Below, in pieces: positions 52,401-64,000 of a DNA stretch of 64,000 nt. Location: the NCBI GenBank assembly GCA_030141605.1, contig JAQGDQ010000062.1, positions 685,337-749,336 of the forward strand. The letters are read 5' to 3'. The notes below the pieces were generated by a model. It was not told the origin of the DNA, did no database searches, and saw only the letters and a list, made by a program, of their open reading frames with translations. Position 1 is the first letter of the stretch. Every line of letters starts with the position of its first letter. This DNA comes from Tubiluchus corallicola (lineage: Eukaryota; Animalia; Priapulida). A program made the position numbers and the translations under genes.

Positions 52401-55400
52401 GATCTAGATGAGGGACATGTCTAGCGACACGATTCTGTTCACCTCTTTCTACCAGGGCTCCCTACTCGCTGCAGTGCCCTAAGTGCATTGATCTCTAAGT
52501 CCATATTAAAAGAATAACTTTTTGCAATAGTAGCAACCTTGCAGCACAAATTTACAAGAGAAACAATATAAAAAAAAATTAACAAATTAAAGAAAAGAAA
52601 AAGGACTTAAAGACATGCTCTATCGAAATAACGTGCAATACAATGAACTGAAATGAACTCAACTGACTGTAGCCACAGTAAATGTTAAATAATCAGTGTT
52701 TTTGTTTTAACAGGTTGCAATGATAATAACTATTGGTGCCAGAAGTGGGCTAACCAAGGAGAATGTGAGATGAATCCCGCCTACATGTTGTTCAATTGCA
52801 GAAAGTCTTGCAAAATCTGTGATAACAGTAAGTATTTATGTGGCACATTAGACATGACCTGTGTACTCATACATGTAAAAAATATACCCTTTTAGTCGCA
52901 TACTCTAAGGGCCGATTTACACACTGCTATTTTGGCGCATGAGTCGGACGTATGCATCAAAAACGCACCGTGTAAATAGGCCCTAAGAGGAGTTCAGCGA
53001 CAAAGGCTTTTGCCTGAATTTTCATATTTAGACTCCCATATAGGCACTATAAAAACTTAAACCCCTAGGTCCTTGGATCAGTTGAGTGACAATGGAAAAA
53101 CTTACCAATGTCCAGTGCCGTTGCCCTTTTGACCTAACGTTACAGTCCCTACACCTTCCCTTGAGAATTTGTCTCAGGAACCTGTCCTGCAAGTTTCGTG
53201 ACTCTTTCTCTTGCATTAACAGTGAAGGTGATCCCATTTTAATACTTATGCTGATGTTTGGAGATCTGACCTCACCCACTCTTCGGAAATCACTTCCCAT
53301 ACATCTGCCCTTGTCTGCCTACTCATTCGTGCAAAAGCATACGTTCCTAGTCTAATGCTGTAGGTGGAGTTGAATAGCAAATTATGGTTCCTATCACTAC
53401 GATACTTGACCTAGAGGTTGCAGTGTCTGCGCCATAAACTGATTGTCCGCTCTTAATTGTCTAATCTGCAAATTTTGTGACTCTAGTTCTTGCACTTATG
53501 CAGCTATTGCATTGACCCCAACTTTAACACTCTCAGTCGAGTCACGTGATCTGACCACGCCCACTTTTGAAAAACAGTTATTGCACATCTACATTGTTAC
53601 TTTGCAATGTTGCTTAGCTACAATTGCAAAAACATGATACGTTTGCTTTAATTTTCAAACTTTGTGCCCTAATTCTCGGAACTTTACCAGATTCCGATTT
53701 CCGAGATGCATGTTTACCCCTAATAATTTAATAATTCTGAAAAAATAAACACGATAAAATTCAATAAACACGACGTTAAAACCTATGCCTCTTGGCTGTT
53801 GTTGCAAATAATTATAATGTTAAAAACTTTTATTTTTGCTAAACATAATTTTTCAACAAGTGAAACTACTAATAACGGACTCTTTATTTTTTAACTGACT
53901 GGCCTTTCGGCAAATCACTAAAATGTATTTTTAAAATTATTTAAAATCAGTACAGTATTGCTATTGCTATCAGGATAAAATTCTGCCTGTGATATGTTAA
54001 AATTTGCAAAGAAATGCTTAAAGCTAGGAAATATTGATGATGCCGAAGCACTTTCTCATGTTGTCACATTAGCAATAAGGTTGTAAATCGTTTAATATAC
54101 GCTGATGACTTATGTATTTTAGCTACAACAATGTCTGCTCTTCAGACTCTTGTAAACTGTTTTGCTACTGACGCTACTAATCACGATGTTATGTGGAATA
54201 CGAATAAGGCAAAAGTTATGGCAATTAGGCCTAAATCTATGTCTGGTATAAACTTTGGAAAAATAACTTTTAATGACATCGTATTAAGTAAAAATAGCAA
54301 AGAAAAATACCTTGGATATTGGTTAACAAATGATGACTGAGACGACTGTGATAATATTATTATGATAATCCAGAAACTAAAATTGTATACGCGATTTTTT
54401 TCTCATATCGACTTTCTCTACTTGCAGCCTGTAGTAAAAATACTTCTAAATAATAGTAAAAAATTAATATTTAATACATTAAATATTTACGGTTTATCAC
54501 ATTGGAGACGATTTTATAACTACAATTTAACTCGCATGAGAACTGCTGTTAATAAAGAAATAGTCAAATTTTTTGGTATAAATATCCGTGCATTGCAAAT
54601 GCAACCTAATTGAATTTACCGCATTTTAAAGTGTTAGAAAGAAAACGTTCTTATAGTAGCTTGTACAGTACAAAGAAATTAAACAATCAAGTTGTAGCCA
54701 ATATTTTAAATAGTGACGTATACTTGAATTCTATATATTGACGTATACAAGCATCATCTAATAATTAATTTAAGTTAGCGCTATGTAGAATTGTTCCTTT
54801 TGGGAATGACGACTATGCTGATTATGTCAAATTATATTCCGCATTTTAGGTTACACTGATAGTATCAAATGGTATTGCCAAAACATTTGTTGATCATTAT
54901 AGTTGTCATGGGTACAATAAATTCGTTTGGATTCCTTGAAGTAACTACGATATTTGTGGCTGTTTTGGTTTAATTTTTTGAATTGAATTGAATACTTTTA
55001 CTTTAGACCAAAGTCCGTATTACAATACAATAAATCATAATTAACAATCGAACATTATACATATAAATCAGTATACTAATTGTTAGTAGTGTCTCCCAAT
55101 TAAATATCGTTAAATAAGTATTCTGTTAAACTTCTGTACTGCAGGTAGAAAAATACCGAATTAGCTTGTTTGATCGTATGTAGAACACACAACGCTGGCG
55201 GCCAACATCCGTATTGTCTGGTGATATAAGAATAATAAGACCAAGATTTCTTTATGACTAGAATATCGATGATTAATAATTAACAAAATTATAAGGCGAT
55301 GTGAACGGATGAGTGACAGCAAGTTTTCTGACTGGTTTCTGATGGCTTATTAACATGTTTTTCCTTAATAACTCTCGTTGATGGAGCATATAGGCCTATG

Positions 55401-58400
55401 CACATCTGTGTGTGGTTCTTGGAAATTCATCCTTGATAATGAGCAGAATTCGTTATTAATATTTTGGCAGCAGCAAGTGAAGAACAAAAAATAGAAACAC
55501 TGCAGTTAATTTTGACTTTATGCATTGATAGCACTAACTGTAATTCATAAAGAAACACGTTATTGTGTTTTAGCTGAACTTTGCCAAGATGATCCTATGG
55601 TTGATTGCAGTTCATTGGCCATGCATGGTGCCTGCTTCCAGTCTACTGATACCTTATATGACTGCAAAAAATCTTGCTATGTTTGCACAGGTAGGTAAAA
55701 TTCAGAATGATTTTTATTTGCGAGCGCTAGCGTCGCAAATCTAGGAGAACCCGTACGCAGATTTGATCATGACTGTCATTATCATCGTTGTCACCACCAT
55801 CACCGTTCATCGTTCGTTCTTGTAGGATCAGTAATCAATGGTTTAATCTAGAACTAATGTCTGATTGTAAAACTTGTTAGGGATAGATCTTAATGTCAAG
55901 TTAGGCTTCAGGGTGACTTGGAACAGAACGAATTATTGTAGATTTCTCTAATTAAACTACACTGATATACATAATACTATATACATATATATAATTTATA
56001 GTATACTATATATTGTATAATAAAATTCATAGTATTATATACATTGACACTGACATTTTTTTACAATTGTATGTTACTTGACATGAACGGAATAAATAGA
56101 CTTGAATTCTGAAATCTAGTCCACAGGAACCAAATTTTGGAAAATACATTTTTGGAGTTACTTGGATTTCCCGAGAAAAACAGAGAATAGAGAAATGAAA
56201 GATTAAAACGAGCAGCACGTTGAACAAACTAGGACAGCAAAATTGAATAGTTTGGCATTGAAAAATATCGCCGTTTTCAACTAAGAAATTATATAAAAAT
56301 TGTAAGACATTGTCATCGTTGTTGCGACACCCACTTGTTTTGCACAAACAAGTCTCAGTGTAGGGTACTTACACGTTATTGACCAATGTAGAATAATCAT
56401 AATCATAATCTTTTTTATTTATTTTGCACAACGCAATAAACAATACAGTTATAATACAATTAATTTGAAAAAAAAATTGTGAAGAAAGGGCAGCGAACGA
56501 CCAGTTGGTCATTTAGTCGGCTGCAATACTTGCACACTATTGATTAATGTAGAATACTTGCACATTATTTACCAATGTAGGGTGCATGCATATTCTTGAC
56601 CAGTGTAGGATACTTGTACTTTATTGATCAATGTAGGATACTTGTACATTATTGACCAATTTGGGTGCTGACACATTATTGACTAACGTAGGATACTGGT
56701 ACATTATTGACTAACGTAGGATACTGGTACATTATTGACTAACGTAGGACAGTGATACATTATTGACTAACGTAGGATACTGGTACATTATTGACTAACG
56801 TAGGATAGTGGTACATTATTGACTAACGTAGGATACTGGTACATTATTGACTAACGTAGGATACTGGTACATTATTGACTAACGTAGGATACTGGTACAT
56901 TATTGACTAACGTAGGATAGTGGTACATTATTGACTAACGTAGGATAGTGGTACATTATTGACTAACGTAGGATACTGGTACATTATTGACTAACGTAGG
57001 ATACTGGTACATTATTGACTAACGTAGGACAGTGATACATTATTGACTAACGTAGGATACTGGTACATTATTGACTAACGTAGGATAGTGGTACATTATT
57101 GACTAACGTAGGATACTGGTACATTATTGACTAACGTAGGATAGTGGTACATTATTGACTAACGTAGGATACTGGTACATTATTGACCATTAGCAAGTTA
57201 GTTTCACGCCATTACTCTTGATATCAGAACAGATTTACATATATACAAACATTTTTTGTTAACTTCCCTAGCAGCGTATTATTGTTCAATATTAGAAAAA
57301 ATTAACTATCGTGGCAATATTGTATAAAATGTAACACGCTATTTTGCAGTATAACACTAACCGGGTACACTTTTACTGCACAGCCCTTATGTAAGCAGCG
57401 GTATAACAGTTTTGAAAGGCTCTCTTTATAACACTGTAAAAACTGTTAGTTTTCTCTTTGCTTCTACGACATTGCAGTGTAATATGGAAGTTTTGGTACA
57501 ATGTTTGCAGCGAATTCCTGTTATTGAAATATCCTGGTGACATGTAACAATAATACAGATGAGCTATTTGGTAAAAAAAGTTGTCTAGAGAAAGCAGCTA
57601 AGCATCTGTACTAAAGTTGCAGTAATTGGAACACATTTACTTTGATCTGTATTTAGATAGCAGTGTTCAGTTTAGAATGAATCTACTATCACACAGAAAC
57701 CTCATAGGCAGCCTTTACGTGGCAAACACGTTTTACGTGCATGGGACTGCGTAAACGGACCTGGACAACACCCAGAAGTACAAAAGAAATATTATCATAT
57801 CGTAAAGCAACTTCACTGAATAATTAGTGTACCATCTAACAGCACAACGTCATTGTGTGAGCTCTCCCTCCTTTCCTTGCGATCTGCTTAGGTCAAGACC
57901 TTAATGATTTTTTTTGGCAGACTTGATGTAAAGTGGTGTTGATATTCAATCCACAGCTGTGATCCGAATTTTGGAGTACGTTAATACAGCCGTTAGTTTT
58001 ACATGCTTTTCTATCAATAAAAAGAACAATATTGATGTAGTTTGATCCACTGTTCTAGGAATTAGTTGTTTATAGATGATTTTTTACGCATTAAAATAGA
58101 TTGTGTTTTGTAGTATAAAGACAGAGTATTTATTTGCAGACATAAACGAATGCGATGCATCCAACCCTATGCATACTTGTGATCCCATCTTGGGTGAATG
58201 TATGAACATAGCTGGTAGCTTTACCTGCAGTTGTAAAAATGGAACAATTGATTTAAGTGAAGCCGTTGCTCCAGGAACTATTTGTTCAGGTAAGTGAACT
58301 TACAGTCATGTGTCATGTGGAATGTGGATGGCAATTTTATAATTTATAAGCAGAATAATGAAAGAGCATTTACTTACACACAAACGAATGTAATGAATCA

Positions 58401-61400
58401 AATTGTATGCATAATTGAGATTAAATCTCTGGTAAATGCATCAATACAGCTGGTAGCTTTGCCTGCTTGTGCAAAAATGGAACAACTGATCTTTGTGACT
58501 GCTCCAAGAACTCGTTGTTCATGTAGTTTAAATGTTGCTCACCTTAATATGGATGAAAGTTTTGTAATCTAACGTATTAATAATAATGATAATGATAACG
58601 ATAATGATAAGGATAATAATAACATAATAAGCTATAAGCATTTCATTAAGTGCATAAATTACATTGGTAGAAAAGTGAAATTGAAGTTACATGATTATAA
58701 TGAGCTCCCCCTAATTATTACATAATTTTAAATAAGTCTGTGCGATGCTATATCAAATGTAGGAAGGATAATGTATAACACTAATAAAGAAGTTCTTCCC
58801 TTATCACACTAGTTGAACGAGCAAAGCTCTAAAACAAAACAGAACCATTTACTTTCAGACATAAGTGATTGTAATATATCTATTCTGATGCATAATTGTC
58901 ATTCCAAGTTTGGTAAAATAATGCATCAGTGCAGTTGGTACATTTCTCGTATTTTTACTTTCCTGTTAGCAATGATTAAAAACAGACCAATTCGTTTTAG
59001 TGCATCCGTATTTTAAATCTAAGTAAATAAATAGGTGAAATGTTTACTTGCAGATGTGAACGAATGCAATGCATCCAACCCTATGCATAATTGTGATCCC
59101 ATCTTGGGTGACTGTGTCAACACAGCTGGAAGTTTTACCTGTTTTTGCAAAAATGGAACAATTGATTTAAGTGAAGCCGTTGCTCCAGGAACTATTTGTT
59201 CAGGTAAGTGAACCCTCAGTCATGTTTCATGTGGAATGTGATGGCAATTTTATAATTTATAAGCAGAATAAAGAACCACAATTTACTTACTGACATAAAT
59301 GAATGTAATGCATCAAATTGCATGCATAATTGCAATCTGAACTTTGATCAACGTATCAATACAGTAGTAGCTTGACGTGCCTTTGTAATGTGAACCTTCA
59401 CTCAGTTTTCAAGTGGGTGGCGGTTTTATAATCTGTAAAGGGAGATAATGTCAGACCTTTTTACTTTCAGATATAAATGAATGTGACGTATCCGGTCTTA
59501 TGCATAATTGTGATCCAAACTTTGGCGAATGCACCAATACAGCTGGTAGCTTTACCTGCTTGTGAAGGGAGATAATGCCAGACCTTTTTACTTTCAGATA
59601 TAAATGAATGTGATGTATCCAATCTTATGCATAATTGTGATCCCATCTTTGGTGAATGTGTCAACACAGCTGGTAGTTTTACCTGCATTTGCAAAAGTGG
59701 AACAATTGATTTAAGTAAAGCCATTGCTCCAGGAACTATTTGTTCAGGTAAGTGAACCCTCACTCATATTTCATGTGGAATGTGATGGCAATTTTATAAT
59801 TTATAAGCAGAATAATGAAAGACAATTTACTTACTGACATAAATGAATGTAATGCATCAAATTGCATGCATAATTGATATTAAGGTAAAAACGAGACAAT
59901 CGATCTGAGTGAAGCCACTGCTCCAGGAGTAATTTGCTTAGGTAAGCGAAATGTCATTCATGTTTCAAATAAATGGCAGGTTTAGAGTATATAGGCAAAT
60001 AATCCCACACCTCTTATTTTCAGATATAAACCAATGTGATGTGTCGGTGGTCCACTGTAGTCCTGTTAGACTAAGTAGATTCACTCTTCTAGAACAAATT
60101 GAATAGAATTTTGTTCTGATTAGAAAAGTTGGTAGTTTGTAATCCTAAGGCCAAAAATAACAAAGAGCCATTTTCTTGCAGACATAAACGAATGTAGTGT
60201 ATTCAATCCTCCAGGAACTATTTGTTCAGGTAAGTGAACCTTCAGTCATGTTTCATGTGGATGGTAACTTTATCATTTATAAACAAAATAAAGCAAGGCA
60301 ATATACTTACTGACATAAATGAATGTAATGCATCAAATTGCATGCATAATTGCAATCCGAACTTTGATCAACGTATAAATACAGTAGTAGCTTGACCTGC
60401 CTTTGTAATGCGAACCTTCACTCAGTTTTCAAGTAGGTGGCAGTTTTATAATCTGTAAATGGAGATAATGCCAGACCTTTTACTTTCAGACATAAATGAA
60501 TGTGATGTATCCAATCTTATGCATAATTGTGATCCAAACTTTGGCGAATGCACCAATACAGCTGGTAGCTTTACATGCTTGTGCAAAAATGGAACAATTG
60601 ATTTAAGTGAAGCCAGAACTCCAGGAACTATTTGTTCAGGTAGATAATTTTTCCTGCATTTCAAGAGACGTTAGTTTTACAATCTAAAGAAAAAAATAAC
60701 ACAGAGCAGTTTGCTTGAATGAATGATTGAATGTGACATATCAAATTCTATGAGCAATTGTAATCCCAAGTTTTGTGAATGTTTGAACATGGTTGGTAGA
60801 TTTTTCTGCTTATACAAAAATTTTAAACAGTGGAAATGTTGATCTTATTGGGTCCAGTGTTCCAGAATTCAATGGTTTAGATACAAGAACTTTTGTGCAT
60901 ATTAAAAATAACTGGCAGTTTTATAAACAAAAGGCATACATAGTACAGAGCTATATAGTTGCAGACATAAATGAATGTAATGTATCGAATCCTATGCATA
61001 ATTGTGATATGAAAGTTTTGGTGAATGTGGTAACACAGCTGGTAGCTTTGCCTGCTTCTGTAAAAATGGAACAGCTGATCTTTGTGATGTCACTGCTCCA
61101 AGAGCTCGTTGTTCATGTAGTTTAAATGTTGCTCACCTTAATATGGATGAAAGTTTTGTAATCTAATGTATTAATAATAATGATAATGATAACGATAACG
61201 ATAAGGATAATAATAACATAATAAGCTATAAGCATTTCATTAAGTACATAAATTACATTAGTAGAAAAGTGAAATTGAACTTACATGATTATAATGAGCT
61301 CCCCCTAATTATTACATAATTTTAAACAAGTCTGTGCGATGCTATAACAAATGTAGGAAGGATAATGTATAACATTAATAAAGAAGTTCTTCCCCTATCA

Positions 61401-63608
61401 CACTAGTTGAACGAGCAAAGCTCTAAAACAAAACAGAACCATTTACTTTCAGACATAAGTGATTGTAATGTATCTATTCTGACGCATAATTGTCATTCCA
61501 AGTTTGGTAAAATAATGCATCAGTGCAGTTGGTACATTTCTCGTATTTTTACTTGCCTGTTAGCAATGTTTAAAAACAGACCAATTCGTTTAAGTGGATC
61601 TGCTGTTTTAAGTCTAAGTGAATAAATAGGCGAAATGTTTACTTGCAGATGTGAACGAATGCAATGCATCCAACCCTATGCATAATTGTGATCCCATCTT
61701 GGGTGACTGTGTCAACACAGCTGGAAGTTTTACCTGTTTTTGCAAAAATGGAACAATTGATTTAAGTGAAGCCGTTGCTCCAGGAACTATTTGTTCAGGT
61801 AAGTGAACCCTCAGTCATGTTTCATGTGGAATGTGATGGCAATTTTATAATTTATAAGCAGAATAAAGAACCACAATTTACTTACTGACATAAATGAATG
61901 TAATGCATCAAATTGCATGCATAATTGCAATCTGAACTTTGATCAACGTATCAATACAGTAGTAGCTTGACGTGCCTTTGTAATGTGAAACTTCACTCAG
62001 TTTTCAAGTAGGTAGCAGTTTTATAATCTGTAAAAGCAGATAATGCCAGACCTTTTACTTTCAGATATAAATGAATGTGATGTATCCGGTCTTATGCATA
62101 ATTGTGATCCAAACTTTGGCGAATGCGCCAATATAGCTGGTAGCTTTACCTGCTTGTGCAAAAGTGGAACAATTGATTTAAGTGAAGCCGCTCCAGGAAC
62201 TATTTGTTCAGGTGAGTGAACATTCAGTCATGTTTCATGTGGAATGTGGATGGCAATTTTATAATTTAAAAGCAGAATAATGAAAGACCATTTACTCAAA
62301 TTGTATGCATAATTGAGATTGAATCTTTGGTAAATGCATCAATACAGCTGGTAGTTTGACTTGCCTTTGTAAAAACGAGACAATCGATCTGAGCGAAGCC
62401 ACTGCTCCAGGAGTAATTTGCTTAGGTAAGCGAAATGTCATTCATGTTTCAAATAAATGGCAGGTTTAGAGTATATAGGCAAATAATCCCACACCTCTTA
62501 TTTTCAGATATAAACCAATGTGATGTGTCGGTGGTCCACTGTAGTCCTGTTAGACTAAGTAGATTCACTCTTCTAGAACAAATTGAATAGAATTTTGTTC
62601 TGATTAGAAAAGTTGGTAGTTTGTAATCCTAAGGCCAAAAATAACAAAGAGCCATTTTCTAGCAGACATAAACGAATGTAGTGTATTCAATCCTCCAGGA
62701 ACTATTTGTTCAGGTAAGTGAACCTTCAGTCATGTTTCATGTGGAATGTGGATGGCAATTTTATAATTTATAAGCAGAATAATGAATGACAATTTACTTA
62801 CTGACATAAATGAATGTAATGCATCAAATTGCATGCATAATTGATATTAAGGTAAAAACGAGACAATCGATCTGAGTGAAGCCACTGCTCCAGGAGTAAT
62901 TTGCTTAGGTAAGCGAAATGTCATTCATGTTTCAAATAAATGGCAGGTTTAGAGTATATAGGCAAATAATCCCACACCTCTTATTTTCAGATATAAACCA
63001 AATGTGATGTGTCGGTGGTCCACTGTAGTCCTGTTAGACTAAGTAGATTCACTCTTCTAGAACAAATTGAATAGAATTTTGTTCTGATTAGAAAAGTTGG
63101 TAGTTTGTAATCCTAAGGCCAAAAATAACAAAGAGCCATTTTCTTGCAGACATAAACGAATGTGGTGTATTCAATCCTCCAGGAACTATTTGTTCAGGTA
63201 AGTGAACCTTCAGTCATGTTTCATGTGGATGGTAACTTTATCATTTATAAACAAAATAAAGCAAGGCAATATACTTACTGACATAAATGAATGTAATGCA
63301 TCAAATTGCATGCATAATTGCAATCCGAACTTTGATCAACGTATAAATACAGTAGTAGCTTGACCTGCCTTTGTAATGCGAACCTTCACTCAGTTTTCAA
63401 GTAGGTGGCAGTTTTATAATCTGTAAAAGGAGATAATGCCAGACCTTTTTACTTTCAGATATAAATGAATGTGATGTATCCAATCTTATGCATAATTGTG
63501 ATCCAAACTTTGGCGAATGCACCAATACAGCTGGTAGCTTTACATGCTTGTGCAAAAATGGAACAATTGATTTAAGTGAAGCCAGAACTCCAGGAACTAT
63601 TTGTTCAG
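49412..63608 (+). CDS. Extracellular multi-domain protein: 4 ShKT domains followed by tandem calcium-binding EGF-like domains (partial; first exon not identified, continues past the window)
   Basis: All exons are phase 1-1 with AG/GT. ShKT: 49412-49525, 51525-51638, 52714-52827 (CxDxxxxCxxWAxxGECxxNPxYMxxNCRKSCxxC) and divergent 55574-55690. Intact cbEGF (D[IV]NEC..C..CxNxxGSFxCxC..C): 58140-58289, 59054-59203, 59598-59747, 60490-60639, 61649-61798, 62065-62211, 63459-63608. Joining them into one gene is inferred from strand and phase. Confidence 0.78.
49605..49651. mobile_element. Tiny PIF/Harbinger-type MITE (copies at 51719-51765 and 52909-52983)
   Basis: TAA|GGGCCTATTTACA...TGTAAATAGGCCC|TAA: 13-bp TIR with TAA TSD. 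Confidence 0.75.
54060..54760 (+). mobile_element. Decayed non-LTR retrotransposon RT C-terminal fragment (RTEX-like)
   Basis: VNRLIYADDLCILATTMSALQTLVN..HDVMWNTNKAKVM..KEKYLGYWLTNDD*DDCD from ~54082, followed by frameshifted downstream sequence. Confidence 0.8.
56530..57188. repeat. 28-bp minisatellite (homogeneous core ~56672-57188, ~18 units; degenerate units to the left)
   Basis: Unit ACATTATTGACTAACGTAGGATACTGGT. The variant GGACAGTGAT recurs 280 bp (10 units) apart. Confidence 0.95.
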
Positions 63609-64000
63609 GTAGGTAATTTTTCCTGCATTTCAAAGAGACGTTAGTTTTACAATCTAAAGAAAAAAATAACACAGAGCAGTTTGCTTGAATGAATGATTGA
63701 ATGTGACATATCAAATTCTATGAGCAATTGTAATCCCAAGTTTTGTGAATGTTTGAACATGGTTGTTAGATTTTTCTGAATACAAAAATTTTTAACAGTG
63801 GAAATGTTGATCTTATTGGGTCCAGTGTTCCAGAATTCAATGGTTTAGATACACGAACTTTTGTGCATATTAAAAATAACTGGCAGTTTTATAAACAAAA
63901 GGTATACATAGTACAGAGCTATATAGTTGCAGACATAAATGACTGTAATGTATCGAATCCTATGCATAATTGTAATGAAAGTTTTGGTGAATGTGGTAAC
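58140..64000 (+). repeat. Array of EGF exon+intron modules with nested higher-order duplications and many pseudo-exons
   Basis: Duplicated blocks at offsets 2595 (59054/61649), 2969 (60490/63459) and 484 (62666/63150). Decayed EGF exons at about 58379, 58859, 59294, 59471, 59837, 60024, 60313, 60725, 60965, 61453, 61888 and 63933. Confidence 0.9.

Larger units (their letters stand above)
48475..53765 (+). repeat. Tandem segmental triplication of one ShKT exon with its flanking intron DNA
   Basis: Copy 1 ~48475-50559, copy 2 ~50560-52370, copy 3 ~52390-53765; exon offsets 2113 and 1189 bp. The copies share a LINE 3' remnant, a mini-MITE and TGACC-rich repeat sequence. Confidence 0.93.

Noticed and set aside
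56530-57188. CRISPR-like 28-bp direct repeats (also the 30- and 33-bp arrays)
   Set aside because: Head-to-tail units without unique spacers, no cas genes, eukaryotic context.

Overview
AT-rich, intron-containing animal DNA, probably a marine invertebrate; the taxon cannot be fixed from the sequence. Most ORFs in the supplied track are not genes, so gene models were built by hand from GT-AG splice sites and exon phases. Left to right: (1) two decayed non-LTR retrotransposons, one an RTE-like copy with an exact 10-bp TSD, and a 964-bp TGT..ACA TIR element; (2) an apparently intact 8-exon TMEM268-like gene (5229-15052, +) and a 33-bp minisatellite; (3) a rearranged minus-strand mosaic (~20.9-43 kb) with a Ty3/gypsy RT fragment, two copies of a THAP/P-element transposon, the orphan last exons of a Gln-rich gene, a PHYHD1 pseudogene, an intron-containing MULE/SWIM transposase fragment, and the first five coding exons of a neprilysin/ECE-type (M13) gene whose remainder is not found; (4) a foldback-type Mutator element with a 9-bp TSD; (5) a + strand gene made of phase-1 cassette exons (4 ShKT, then a cbEGF array running off the window) that mixes intact exons, decayed pseudo-exons and in-frame 48-nt mini-exons. 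The best novelty candidates are the ShKT/EGF exon array and the P-element-associated gene mosaic. No rRNA, intact tRNA or CRISPR array was found. Family names come from motif recognition by eye, not database searches.
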